From: Myxococcota bacterium
GTDB lineage: Bacteria; Myxococcota_A; Polyangia; Nannocystales; Nannocystaceae
DNA length: 64,000 bases
Assembly (NCBI GenBank): GCA_039028615.1
Contig: JBCCHT010000017.1
Span: 162,547-226,546, forward strand
Direction of reading: 5' to 3'
A program made the position numbers and the translations under genes. Under the pieces are notes generated by a model, which had not been told where the DNA came from, made no database searches, and was given only the letters and a program-made list of their open reading frames with translations. Shown piece after piece: positions 30,812 to 40,410 of this stretch (positions are counted from its first letter, which is position 1; the number at the start of each line of letters is the position of its first letter).

Positions 30812-32077
30812 TCACGGGCATACCGGTTTGTTGGCGTCGACGAGCCCCGCGCGCGCCAGGGCGCCGTGGGCCCGGGTGGCTCGGGCGGTCTGTCCCGTCG
30901 CGCAGGCAGCTCGTCGCTCGATGCGGAGCTGATCGCGACGGAGGGGATCGAGGTCGAAGCGCTCGCGGTAGGCATCGAGGGACGCGAGCGCGGCCGAGGC
31001 ATCGCCCGCGGCCAGCTGCGACTCGGCGCGCCGCAGCATGGTGACCGCCTCGATCAGGGAATCGGTGGTCGGCGAGGCTCCGCCGACGCTTTGGACGGGC
31101 GGTGGCGCAGCGGAGGGGCCCGGGGTCTCGGGCTGCTCCTCGGGAGAACGTGGAGCACCCGCAGGACGTCGAGTCGGCGATGTGCTCGAGTCGTCCGTCG
31201 CCAGCACACGGGGTTGCTCGGTCGGCCGCACGGGGTCCGCATCGGGCATCGCGGCCGCGACCTCGGCGGGTGCAGGGCTCGGAACCTTGGCCTTCGTCGG
31301 CTCGGCCCGCGCGGTGGGCTGCGCTCGCTCCGTACTCGGGGCCGAGTCGTCCACCACCACGCTCCGCACCCCGATGATCACCACCGCCGCAGCCACGGCG
31401 CCCGCGATCATCGGCCCCACCGTCGAACCGAGGCCGGTCGAGGAGGGCTCGGGCACCATCCCCACGGGCAGCGCGGCCACGATTCCCGCCAGGGTTCGCC
31501 GTCGTCGCTCCCGCGAGGGCCGAGACTGCCGTGCCGCCTCGCGCAGGAACTTCGCATCGTCCTCGGGCCGCGGAAAGCTCCGTCGAAAGCGACCCCGCGC
31601 CAGCCGAACTCTCGACGAGACGGTATTGGCCGGGGCTCCCGTGAGGTCCGCGATCTCGGCTGTCGACATCCCCCACAGGTCCATCAAGATGAACGCCTCG
31701 CGCTGATCTTCGGGCAGGGTGCCGAGGAACGACTCGAGCGCGTGCCAGGCCTCGCGGCGCCCCAGCTCGTCGTCGAGACTGCGCTCGGGATCGGGCCCGG
31801 GCGCATCGTCGAGCATCCGCAGCCGTCGTGCTTGCCCGCGTCGCACCGAGAACGCCACATTGCGAGCGACGCCCACCACCCACAGCTCCTCCGAGAGCGC
31901 GGGGTCTCGCTTCGACTCGCGCCGATGCAACGCCAAGAACACCTCGTGCACCCCGTCGTCGAGCTCGTGCTCGGCGATGCCACGGCCCCGCAGCACCCAG
32001 CGCACGCGGCGATGGTGCCGGCGGTACAGCGCCTCCAGGCGGCGGACCGCGGCGGGTTTGGGGAGGGTTCGGCCCAT
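30812..32077 (-). CDS. ECF RNA polymerase sigma factor with long C-terminal extension (TM helix, Pro-rich linker, TPR-like end)
   Basis: Sigma2 LYRRHHRRVRWVL..LDDGVHEVF..WVVGVARNV; sigma4 LPEDQREAF..TAEIA..NTVSSRVRLAR; ATG at 32077 within ORF 30812-33028. Confidence 0.85.
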   Translation of the reverse strand: MGRTLPKPAAVRRLEALYRRHHRRVRWVLRGRGIAEHELDDGVHEVFLALHRRESKRDPALSEELWVVGVARNVAFSVRRGQARRLRMLDDAPGPDPERSLDDELGRREAWHALESFLGTLPEDQREAFILMDLWGMSTAEIADLTGAPANTVSSRVRLARGRFRRSFPRPEDDAKFLREAARQSRPSRERRRRTLAGIVAALPVGMVPEPSSTGLGSTVGPMIAGAVAAAVVIIGVRSVVVDDSAPSTERAQPTARAEPTKAKVPSPAPAEVAAAMPDADPVRPTEQPRVLATDDSSTSPTRRPAGAPRSPEEQPETPGPSAAPPPVQSVGGASPTTDSLIEAVTMLRRAESQLAAGDASAALASLDAYRERFDLDPLRRDQLRIERRAACATGQTARATRAHGALARAGLVDANKPVCP

Positions 32078-32124
32078 GACGGATGTCCGTGGCCAGTGTG
32101 ATGCACCGGCCCGGCTTCGTTTCG

Positions 32125-33147
32125 TCAAAACAATCTCAGCACGGGGCCCAAGAGCACGCGAACGGCCACCTGGGGGGTCCTGAAGACCTCTTGCTCCTGC
32201 GATCCCGAGTTCAGGTGGATCCCGGGACGCACCAGCGGAATCACGGCATCGGCCGCCAATTGCACCGCGATCCGGGAGTGCGTGGGCCACGCAACCCCCG
32301 TCCCCGCAGTGGCGGCGAGCCAGGGCGCGGCGGTCGAGTTGGGCACCACCCGGTCGCCCGTGCCCGCGCCCGACAGGCGCCCTCCGTCCAGGCCCAGCCG
32401 CACGGGGATGAACAGCGGGCCCGCGGAAAAGCCGATCCACGCCTGGATGCCGACAGCCGTGACCGCGCCCTCGACCCCGATGCCCGGCTCGACCTCGCGC
32501 GACGCGGCCAGGGCGTGCCACCCGGTGAGCGACAGTCCAAAGCGTTCCCACGCCAAGCCCACGGAACCCCCCACGACCAAGGTGGTGGCGGGGGCCAGCG
32601 CCAAGCCCGGGCCGGCCCAGGCCGCCAGGCGCAGTCGGTTGCGGCGGTTCGGCGGCGGCTGGGCGGAGGGCGGCCGATCGGCGCGTGCGACCGAAGTCGG
32701 ACCGACGGGCGGCGGTGGATCGTCGCGTGGCGGGGGCGGAGGCGATGCCGGGCGCTCGAGCGTCGCGTCCGTGGGCGCCACCGTCACCACGATCAGCAAC
32801 ACGGCCGCGCGGGCCAGGGTCTCGCAATCGGCAGCATCGAGCCGTCGCCGCTCCCGTCGACCGTCGTGCTCGATCGTCAGGTCCAGCTGTGCCCCGGACG
32901 GTTGGTGACGCAGCGTCGCCTCGACCCGCGTGGGGCTTTCGTCGCTGGCTCGCACACGGCCGGCCGAGAGCCGCTCGAGGTCGAGCTGCGCCGCATCGCT
33001 CCCCGGGCAGCCAGGCGCTGCCGTCCACTCCAGCGTGACCGGCTGCCCCTCGCTCGCCGCGGGACCCGAAGCCGTCGCCACCGTGGTCGCCAACGCAGCG
33101 ATCGCGAGGGAAGAGGCGAACTCCAACGGTACGAGTCTACCGCGCAC
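32125..33147 (-). CDS. Hypothetical secreted/outer-membrane protein upstream of the ECF gene
   Basis: Signal peptide; WTAAPGCP..DCETLARAA N-domain; alternating beta-strand C-terminus ending in F. Confidence 0.7.
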   Translation of the reverse strand: MRGRLVPLEFASSLAIAALATTVATASGPAASEGQPVTLEWTAAPGCPGSDAAQLDLERLSAGRVRASDESPTRVEATLRHQPSGAQLDLTIEHDGRRERRRLDAADCETLARAAVLLIVVTVAPTDATLERPASPPPPPRDDPPPPVGPTSVARADRPPSAQPPPNRRNRLRLAAWAGPGLALAPATTLVVGGSVGLAWERFGLSLTGWHALAASREVEPGIGVEGAVTAVGIQAWIGFSAGPLFIPVRLGLDGGRLSGAGTGDRVVPNSTAAPWLAATAGTGVAWPTHSRIAVQLAADAVIPLVRPGIHLNSGSQEQEVFRTPQVAVRVLLGPVLRLF

Positions 33148-33283
33148 GCCCGTGGTGGACGGCGGCGCGAACGGAAAAACGTGAGTACGTTCACAACCCG
33201 AGGAGAATGGGAATCCCGCCGGTCGTCATCCCTCTCGATGCATGCCGTCCCGCACTCATGGTCCATCGCAGGAACGATGCACG

Positions 33284-34717
33284 ATGCCCGCCTCCGGCGA
33301 CACGCCGTGGGCTCCGCCGCGCGACCGCTCGACGGTGTGGCTGTCGGCCATCGTGCTCGCCGCGTCGACGTTGGCGTGTGACCTCGATGCCCTGAAGCCG
33401 AGCACGGACGAAAAGAAGGAGGCCGTCGCCAAGGCAGCGGACGAACCCGAGACCGCGGCGACCGACGAGGCCTCCGCCAACGAGGCCTCGTCCGTCGACG
33501 AACCCAAGCTCGTCCCCAAGCCTGCGGCCAAGACCAAAGTGACGCACGCGGTCGAGCCCGACGGCCCCGACCCCCGACGGTCCGGCGGTGCGCCCAAGGC
33601 CCCATTGCTCGAGCCCGACCCGGAGCCGGCCACCGTCGTCGACGAGGATCCCGTCGCCGATCCGCGATCGGGCACCGTCATCAGCGAGGGTCCGGTCGAG
33701 TTCCCCAAGATCCCCGGCCCCCTCGTACCGAGCCTGACCCCACCTCCTGCGCTGAGCTACCTGATCTGGCGCCAGCTCCCGTCGGACGAGACCCCTCGCT
33801 ACGAGACCGTCTGGAAGCGCAAGACCGAGCACGGGCAGGAGTACCTCGGCACCCGCGGCGGCCTGATCCTCGCCAGCGGCGAGCAGATCTACACCTGGGA
33901 GACCAGGGACGTGTCCTTCGAGAACGTCGCGTGCGAAGCGTACCCGAGCGAGGGGCCCGTCGGCGAAGACGACTGGGTCTCGCTCACCGAGACCGCGGCG
34001 CGCCTCGTCCCGCACGGCAAGGGCCTCGTCCTCAAGCTCAACGACCCGCACGGCGGTCGTCAGCCCGATGTCTATCCGTTGATGGAGTTCGAACGCAGCT
34101 TCGTCGTGACCGGCAACCTGGGTCCCTACCTCTTCGTTCGTAGCCTGGTCCACAGCTTCGAATGCGACAGCGCCCATCCTTCGTTCGAGGGCCAGCCGAT
34201 CATCTTCGACATTTCCAGCGGCCGGGTGCAGGACATGGTGCCCGAGCCGAGCGCCGAGCGACTCGAGGGTCTGCTGCCGGCCATCACCTCGAGGATGAAG
34301 GCCGAAGACCTCGAAGACGACGCGCCCTCGAGCGCCAAGGGCATCAAGGCGACCGAGCTCGTCCCCGACTACCGCCCCTCGGGCCCCTCGATGGACCTCG
34401 AGATCGTGCTCACCGTGGAGACCTGCTACGCGTGCTCCGAGTCCGAGGCCGGCGCGGGCACCTGGTCCACGCGCATCCCCTACGAGACCCCGCTGGCGCT
34501 GCGCCAATACCAGGTGGTCCCCCAGATCGTGGCCGACCACTTTGCCGACCAAGCCAAGGGCTCGATCGTCGGCTTCACGGCGGTGGAGACCGAGGCAGCC
34601 GAAGGCAAGCTCAGCGAGATCTTCGCGAGTCGGGCCCCCAAGATTCCCCTCGTCCCCGAGCGACGACAAGGCCGGCTACGACCGCGCTCGCTGCCCGAGC
34701 CCGTCCCGCCGAACTGA
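33284..34717 (+). CDS. Hypothetical lipoprotein
   Basis: Lipobox TLAC, acidic/Pro linker, globular C-terminal region with CxAH and CYAC; host-like codon usage. Confidence 0.7.
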   Translation: MPASGDTPWAPPRDRSTVWLSAIVLAASTLACDLDALKPSTDEKKEAVAKAADEPETAATDEASANEASSVDEPKLVPKPAAKTKVTHAVEPDGPDPRRSGGAPKAPLLEPDPEPATVVDEDPVADPRSGTVISEGPVEFPKIPGPLVPSLTPPPALSYLIWRQLPSDETPRYETVWKRKTEHGQEYLGTRGGLILASGEQIYTWETRDVSFENVACEAYPSEGPVGEDDWVSLTETAARLVPHGKGLVLKLNDPHGGRQPDVYPLMEFERSFVVTGNLGPYLFVRSLVHSFECDSAHPSFEGQPIIFDISSGRVQDMVPEPSAERLEGLLPAITSRMKAEDLEDDAPSSAKGIKATELVPDYRPSGPSMDLEIVLTVETCYACSESEAGAGTWSTRIPYETPLALRQYQVVPQIVADHFADQAKGSIVGFTAVETEAAEGKLSEIFASRAPKIPLVPERRQGRLRPRSLPEPVPPN

Positions 34718-34729
34718 GCTGGGCCTACG

Positions 34730-35566
34730 CTACGCCGCCAGCTCGAGCCACTGGGTCAGTCGCTCGGCATGCTTGGCCGGCAGATCGATGACCGGCCGCG
34801 ACACCTCGGGCACGAGGTCGCCGTGGAAGTCGGAGCCGCCCGTGGCGACGAGGTCGAACTCGCGGACCAACCGTAGCCACACCTCGGACTGCGCCCGACC
34901 GTAGCGGCCGTAGAACGCCTCGATGCCCTCGAGCCCCTGATCGCGGAAGCGAACGTAGAGGTCACGCACCAGCGCGGGTTGACCCAGCGTGTGGGGATGC
35001 GCCAGGGAGACCCGTGCGCCTGCGGCCCGGGCCATGGCCAGGCCTTCGTCGACCCCGATCCGCTCGATGGGGGCGTCGGCCTTGCCCCCGTCCTTGAGAA
35101 AGCGATCGAAGGCCTCCCGCGTGCTCGTGCAGATGCCCGCCTCGACCAACGCCTTGGCGACGTCGGGTCGACCGGGGATCCTGCCCTCCGCCTTGACGAG
35201 GATGGGCTCGGGATCGAGGTCGTGCCCCAGCGCCTTCAGCCGCGCGCAGATCCGGCGGATGCGATCGCGTCGGTCTTCGGCCACACGCACGAGCCGTTGC
35301 TCGAGGGCGTCGAGCCCCGGGCCTTCCTTCAGACCGTAGAGCAGCAGGTGCACCGTGCGGTCGTACTCGCGACACGACAGCTCCACGCCGCGCAGCACCG
35401 TGCAGCGATCGCCCACCGCGGCCACGGTCTCGTCGTACCCCGCCCAGGTGTCGTGATCGGTCAGGCAGAACAGCGTCGCCCCACCGTCGGCTGCCCGCGT
35501 GGCGATCTCGGTCGGGGTCAGGCTTCCGTCGGAGCACACGGAGTGACAATGAAGCTCGAGCCGCAA
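34730..35566 (-). CDS. PHP domain phosphoesterase (TrpH/YciV-like)
   Basis: HCHSVCSDG, LTDHD, GVELS, AHP, GGSDFHG. Confidence 0.95.
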   Translation of the reverse strand: MRLELHCHSVCSDGSLTPTEIATRAADGGATLFCLTDHDTWAGYDETVAAVGDRCTVLRGVELSCREYDRTVHLLLYGLKEGPGLDALEQRLVRVAEDRRDRIRRICARLKALGHDLDPEPILVKAEGRIPGRPDVAKALVEAGICTSTREAFDRFLKDGGKADAPIERIGVDEGLAMARAAGARVSLAHPHTLGQPALVRDLYVRFRDQGLEGIEAFYGRYGRAQSEVWLRLVREFDLVATGGSDFHGDLVPEVSRPVIDLPAKHAERLTQWLELAA

Positions 35567-35593
35567 GTCGAGCGAACTATACGGTCGACAGCG

Positions 35594-36706
35594 TCACTTT
35601 GCCACGAGCTCGGCGGAGGCCTCGGACCCGCTGTCCTGCACCACCACGCCACTGCCCAATGGCAGCCCGTCATCGGTCAGAAACTCCAGTTCGGTGGTCT
35701 CGTCGAGCACGATGATCTCGGGCGCCGCCGCAGGCGCGGGAGGCCGCGGAGGCCGACGCTTCGCCACAATATCCGGCACCTTACGTTCTTTTCCAAAGCT
35801 CCAGGACAACAGCCCGAGCGAGTCGATCGCCTGCTGGTACGCGTGCTCCGAAGACCACGACTCGGCCCGCTGTAGCACGGCCCGCACCTCTCGGCGATCG
35901 CACTGCGCCGCGACCAATCGCAGCAGCGTCTCGAGCGTATCCAACGAGAGGTTCAGACAGCCCAGGCGAGCCTGCACGCGAGCCAATCGCTCGAGGGTCA
36001 GCCGATCGTCGGGCTTCATGTGGTGCAGCGCCGTCAGCTTCGCGCGGGCCCTTCGGAGCTGGCCGCAGCGCAGGTAGATCATGGTGAGCTCTCGCAGCGC
36101 AGCTTCGTCCGCTCCGCCGTGGGTGTGCATCATCTCCAGCACTCGAATCAGCTCCGCCGTGCGCCCGTGCGCTCGCAACCCGTCGGCCACGATGCGCAGC
36201 TCGTTCATCGCCTCACGCATGCGCCCCAATGCGAGGTCGAGCTCGGCCAGTCGCAAGCGCTTGGACAACGAGCCCGGATCGACCTGCACCAACACGCTGA
36301 GCACGTCGCGGGCTTGCTCGCCGCGCCCGGTCAGCAGGTGGGTTCGTGCCACTCGCTCGCACAGCGCAATCGAATCCGCACCGAGGTGCACGACCAACGG
36401 AGCCAGGCGGTCGAGCACCACCCGACTCGAGTCCAAGTGCAGGGCTCGCAAGGCCACCGTCATCGCGCGACGCTCGTGGCCGAGACGCGCGTAGAGCAAC
36501 GCCAAGCGTAGGTACTCATCCGCCGCGCGAGCGCCCTGCCCCGCCTGCGCCAAGTGATGCGCCAGCTTCATCCCCGCCTTGATGTCCGTGGGATCGATAT
36601 CGCTCAGCACCTGGTACTCGACCGCGGCGGCATCGTGCTTGCCGGCGGCGGCCAAGGCTCGAGCGCGCTGGCGAATCGGTTCCGTCGTAAATGAAAGTCC
36701 CCCCAT
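35594..36706 (-). CDS. Tetratricopeptide repeat protein
   Basis: Repeated TPR-like helical pairs with an acidic low-complexity tail. Confidence 0.75.
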   Translation of the reverse strand: MGGLSFTTEPIRQRARALAAAGKHDAAAVEYQVLSDIDPTDIKAGMKLAHHLAQAGQGARAADEYLRLALLYARLGHERRAMTVALRALHLDSSRVVLDRLAPLVVHLGADSIALCERVARTHLLTGRGEQARDVLSVLVQVDPGSLSKRLRLAELDLALGRMREAMNELRIVADGLRAHGRTAELIRVLEMMHTHGGADEAALRELTMIYLRCGQLRRARAKLTALHHMKPDDRLTLERLARVQARLGCLNLSLDTLETLLRLVAAQCDRREVRAVLQRAESWSSEHAYQQAIDSLGLLSWSFGKERKVPDIVAKRRPPRPPAPAAAPEIIVLDETTELEFLTDDGLPLGSGVVVQDSGSEASAELVAK

Positions 36707-36883
36707 AAGGTCGCCCCTCCACTTACTTGGACACCGTTTGCCCTACATCTTCCGGCGTCGATTATGGATTCCCTGATGCGGACTCTGCACGTTCTCGTTT
36801 TGCTCCATGAAATTCATCGAAAACGAGCATCGCTAAACGCAACCACCGGTGGCTTATCGTGAAGGGCACGCTCGGTTTTCTCC

Positions 36884-38068
36884 ATGCAACATTCGATGCG
36901 CACACGCCTTCGCCAAGCTTTGTTCGGTTGCCTCGCCATGGGGTCGGTGACCACGGCCCAAGCCGCCGAACTCACCGTGCCCATGCCCGAACCCGACCCC
37001 ATCTGGGGCGGAACCGCGAGCGAGGACTGTGCCTGGCCGACCACCGTGTTCATGGAGGGGTGCACGGGCACCCTGGTGCATCCCGAGGTCGTCGTACTCG
37101 CCTCGCACTGTCTGTTCTTCGCGGGCGGCCAGGCCCCCGCCTTCGCCGAGTTCGGCACCAACAGTGACGCGCCCGATCGTCAGGTCCCCGTCGACACCTG
37201 CACGATGTACCCCGGCTGGCAACCGGAGACGGGCGGTGGCATCGACGTCGCCTTCTGCACCCTCTCCGAGCCCGTGCTCGACGTGCCCATCGTTCCCATC
37301 CTCATGGGCTGCGAGACCGAGGTGCTCGGCCCCGGGCAAGAAGTCACCCTCGTCGGCTACGGCATCACCGACAGCGGCTCTTTCGGCATCAAGCACGAGG
37401 TCGTCACCACCATCAACAACCTCGAGGGCGACACCGAGGTGAACCTCGGCGGCAACGGAACGAGCAGCTGCAACGGCGACTCGGGCGGCCCCGCCTACCT
37501 CCAGCTCGAGGATGGTTCCTGGCGAGTCTTCGGCGTCACCTCGCGCGGCACCTCGGGCAACTGCGCCGACGAGTCGATCTACGGCCGCATCAGCCCCTAC
37601 GTCGAGTGGATGGAAGACACCACCGGCATCGACGTCACCCCGTGCCACGACGTCGACGGCACCTGGAACCCCAGCGACGCCTGCACCGAGTTCCCGCTCG
37701 AGCCCGGCACCTCGCTGTCCGGTTGGGAAGCTGGCTGCGCGGGCGGCATGCTCAGCGGACCCGCCGCGACCTGTGGTGATCCATTCGGCGGAGGCGAAGG
37801 CACGGGAACCGGCACCACTGGCGACGCCGACACCGGTCTCGACGGCTCGGGTGGCGACAGCGGAGCCGACACGGAATTGCCCGGCGGCACCACTGGCGAC
37901 GCCGACACCGATCCCGGTGGCTCGTCCGGCTCGACCGGCGACACCGACAGCGCCGGCCAAGACGACACTGGCACGGGCAGCTGCAGCTGCCAAACCGACG
38001 ATCCCGGCTGGGGTCCCCTGTGGATGCTCCCCGCGCTCGCCGTCCTCGGTCGCCGACGCCGACGCTGA
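36884..38068 (+). CDS. Trypsin-like (S1) serine protease with MYXO-CTERM sorting signal
   Basis: IWGG mature N-terminus, CTGTLV, ASHC, DVA, GDSGGP; C-terminal GSCSC..LAVLGRRRRR. Confidence 0.95.
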   Translation: MQHSMRTRLRQALFGCLAMGSVTTAQAAELTVPMPEPDPIWGGTASEDCAWPTTVFMEGCTGTLVHPEVVVLASHCLFFAGGQAPAFAEFGTNSDAPDRQVPVDTCTMYPGWQPETGGGIDVAFCTLSEPVLDVPIVPILMGCETEVLGPGQEVTLVGYGITDSGSFGIKHEVVTTINNLEGDTEVNLGGNGTSSCNGDSGGPAYLQLEDGSWRVFGVTSRGTSGNCADESIYGRISPYVEWMEDTTGIDVTPCHDVDGTWNPSDACTEFPLEPGTSLSGWEAGCAGGMLSGPAATCGDPFGGGEGTGTGTTGDADTGLDGSGGDSGADTELPGGTTGDADTDPGGSSGSTGDTDSAGQDDTGTGSCSCQTDDPGWGPLWMLPALAVLGRRRRR

Positions 38069-38091
38069 GCGCCGCGCTTCGATGAGCGCAT

Positions 38092-39066
38092 CTAGGTGAA
38101 GATGCGCTCGGAGTCGATCTCCCAGCCGCGCCGCCGGCCGATCCGAGCGACCTCGGCCAGCCACGCCTTCATGACGGACGCGGGGATCTCGATCCCCTCG
38201 AGTTCATAGCCATCGGCCAATAGCGCCTTCGCCTGACGGACGGCCCAGCTGCGGCCGACGATGGCGCGAACGCCCTTGGTCGTCCGCTTGCCCTTGGTGC
38301 CGACCTTGCCTTCGCGCATCGTGGTGCGCGTGGGCTGAACGACGAGCTCGCAGAAGCGGCTGACTCGGACGCCGCGTTTGACGAGCATCAGGACGCCGTC
38401 GGCCTGCAGCGTCTCGTGCAGGGTCAATGCGATCGGGAACGGGCGGACACCTCGTTTCTTCGCAGTCTTCTTCTTCCGCGCAGCGGTCTTCTTCGCGGTC
38501 GTCTTGCCGACGGCTTTCTTCGCGCTCTTCTTCTGCGTTGCCTTCTTCTTCGGCGCTGCCTTCCTCTTCGCGGTCTTCTTTGGCGCTGCCTTCTTCGCGG
38601 TCTTCTTTGGCGCTGCCTTCTTGCCGGCTGCGTTCTTCTTCGGTGCAGCCCTCTTCTTCGCGACCTTCTTGCCGATCGCTTTCTTCTTCGTGGTCGCTTT
38701 CTTCGCGCTCTTCTTCTGCGTTGCCTTCTTTTTCGCAACCTTCTTAGCAGCGGTTTTCTTCTTCGGCGCGGTCTTCTTCGGTGCGGCCTTCTTTTTCGCG
38801 ACCTTCTTACCGGCGGTTTTCTTCTTCGGCGCGGCCTTCTTCGCGACCTTCTTACCGGCGGTTTTCTTCTTCGGCGCGGCCTTCTTCTGCGCGACCTTCT
38901 TGCCGGTCGCTTTCTTCTTCGTGGTCGCTTTCTTCGCGGCCTTCTTCTTGCTGGCTGTTTTTCCCTTCGTGACCTTCTTCTTTTTTCTCTGCGCGGTCTT
39001 TTTCTTCGCGACCTTTTTCGTCGTCTTCCCCTTTTCGTCGGACGCCTTCTTCTTCGCCACCGCCAT
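38092..39066 (-). CDS. Histone H1-like Lys/Ala-rich protein with C-terminal WGR-like domain
   Basis: ~200 aa of KKAAPKKKTA/KKVAKK repeats; C-terminal GKVGTKG..AKALLADGY. Confidence 0.8.
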   Translation of the reverse strand: MAVAKKKASDEKGKTTKKVAKKKTAQRKKKKVTKGKTASKKKAAKKATTKKKATGKKVAQKKAAPKKKTAGKKVAKKAAPKKKTAGKKVAKKKAAPKKTAPKKKTAAKKVAKKKATQKKSAKKATTKKKAIGKKVAKKRAAPKKNAAGKKAAPKKTAKKAAPKKTAKRKAAPKKKATQKKSAKKAVGKTTAKKTAARKKKTAKKRGVRPFPIALTLHETLQADGVLMLVKRGVRVSRFCELVVQPTRTTMREGKVGTKGKRTTKGVRAIVGRSWAVRQAKALLADGYELEGIEIPASVMKAWLAEVARIGRRRGWEIDSERIFT

Positions 39067-39413
39067 CGGGACGATCACAGAACAACGGAGGGCGGACGTC
39101 AATCGGGATGAGGGGCGCGGGGAGATTCGAGTTGGGCGCGTTGGGTTGTGGGGAGGGGTTGGTGTGCCGGTGTGGCAGGTCGCCTGTTCGCCGGATTATG
39201 GGTACCGACCGTGCTCAAACAGTGGTTTCGCGCCCGGCTGCAGCGTACGTCCTCGGGGGCAGTCGGTGGACTGCGATTGGTTGTCGGGATGGCGCTACCA
39301 AAACTGCGCGCGGCCGGTACCCATAACCCGACGAGCGGCTCCCGCTTGGCTCGGTATGACTGAACCGATCCGGAGAGACGAGTCATCGGGGCTGGTGGCG
39401 CGCCGGTTTGAGG

Positions 39414-39924
39414 TCGGCCCTCACTCGAGCAGTGTTGGGTGATGAACCAGCACTAGTTGACGGGCCTGTTGGAAGTCGCCTTCGCTCTCCATTGCATAAG
39501 TCGTTCGGTGACGAACAACGCGGTCGCTGCCGTGCTCGTTGGCAGTCGTCTGCCGCTCGGTCGAGTCCTGCTTCGTGTGATGGGACTGCGGTCGCTGCAG
39601 TGCTTGTTGGCAGTCGTTTTGCCCCTCGGGCGAGTCCTGCTTCGTGTGAAGACGGCTGCGGTCGCTGCAGTGCTTGTTGGCAGTCATTTGCCGCTCGGTC
39701 GAGTCCCGCTTGGTGTGAAGGCGGCTGCGGTCGCTGCAGTGCTTGGAAGTCGCTTGCCCCTCGGTCGAGCAGTGGGGCTCGAGGGCGAAGGCCAGTTGGG
39801 CGCGGTGTTCGAGGCCAACGAAGACTGCGGTTGTGCCGTTCGGCGTCCAAGGTCGGTGCCCGTCGCGATCGGCCACCACTCCGATCAAGCGATTTCATTC
39901 TGATCTCGCTCGAGTGAGGGCCGA
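39414..39924. repeat. Inner perfect 17-bp inverted repeat pair
   Basis: TCGGCCCTCACTCGAGC at 39414-39430 and its reverse complement GCTCGAGTGAGGGCCGA at 39908-39924. Confidence 0.85.
39520..39770 (+). repeat. ~69-bp tandem repeat, 3.5 copies
   Basis: GCGGTCGCTGC starts at 39520, 39588, 39658 and 39727; unit GCGGTCGCTGCAGTGCTTGTTGGCAGTC..CTCGGTCGAGTCC..GTGTGA. Confidence 0.9.
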
Positions 39925-40410
39925 GACAAGAGAGAGCTCGGCATCGCGCGCCAAACGAAAGAGCCGAACCACCTCGCCCCTCGCACTACGAAGACCCGAC
40001 TTCGCCAGCATCAACGTCGATCGAGTCGAGGGAACCCCGGTCTTCGAACCGGGCGCGCCACCAGCCCCAACGATCCGCCCCTCCGGATCGGCCCAGCCCC
40101 ACCGAGCCAAGCGGGAGCCGCTCGTCGGGTTATGGGTACCGGCCGCGCGCAGTTTTGGTAGCGCCATCCCGACAACCAATCGCAGTCCACCGACCGCCCC
40201 CGAGGACGTACGCTGCAGCCAGGCGCGAAACCACTGTTTGAGCACGGTCGGTACCCATAATCCGGCGAACAGGCGACCTGCCACACCGGCACGCCAACCC
40301 CTCCCCACAACCCAACGCGCCCTTCTCGAACCTCCCCGCGCCCGCCACAGCCAACGCATCCAGCCCGGGCACCCCCGCGCCCAAAGCCCCCGGCTCGCCC
40401 ACAACCAACG

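Larger units (their letters stand above)
39113..40343. mobile_element. Non-coding nested inverted-repeat element (REPIN/MITE/foldback-like); mobility not shown
   Basis: ~300-bp arms at 39113-~39417 and ~40037-40343 are reverse complements, near-identical over ~220 bp; no transposase ORF. Confidence 0.6.

Noticed and set aside
28277..32101. 1274-aa plus-strand ORF
   Set aside because: Antisense shadow of the P450, lipoprotein and sigma genes, typical of high-GC DNA.
32078..33028. N-terminal extension of the 738-aa sigma ORF
   Set aside because: Arg/Pro-rich off-frame reading overlapping the real gene 32125-33147; the sigma domain starts at 32077.
38378..39442. Phe/Ala-rich membrane-like ORF
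   Set aside because: Reverse complement of the Lys-rich AAG repeats of the histone-like gene.
39520..39770. CRISPR array
   Set aside because: Whole units are similar, there are no unique spacers, and no cas genes are in the window.
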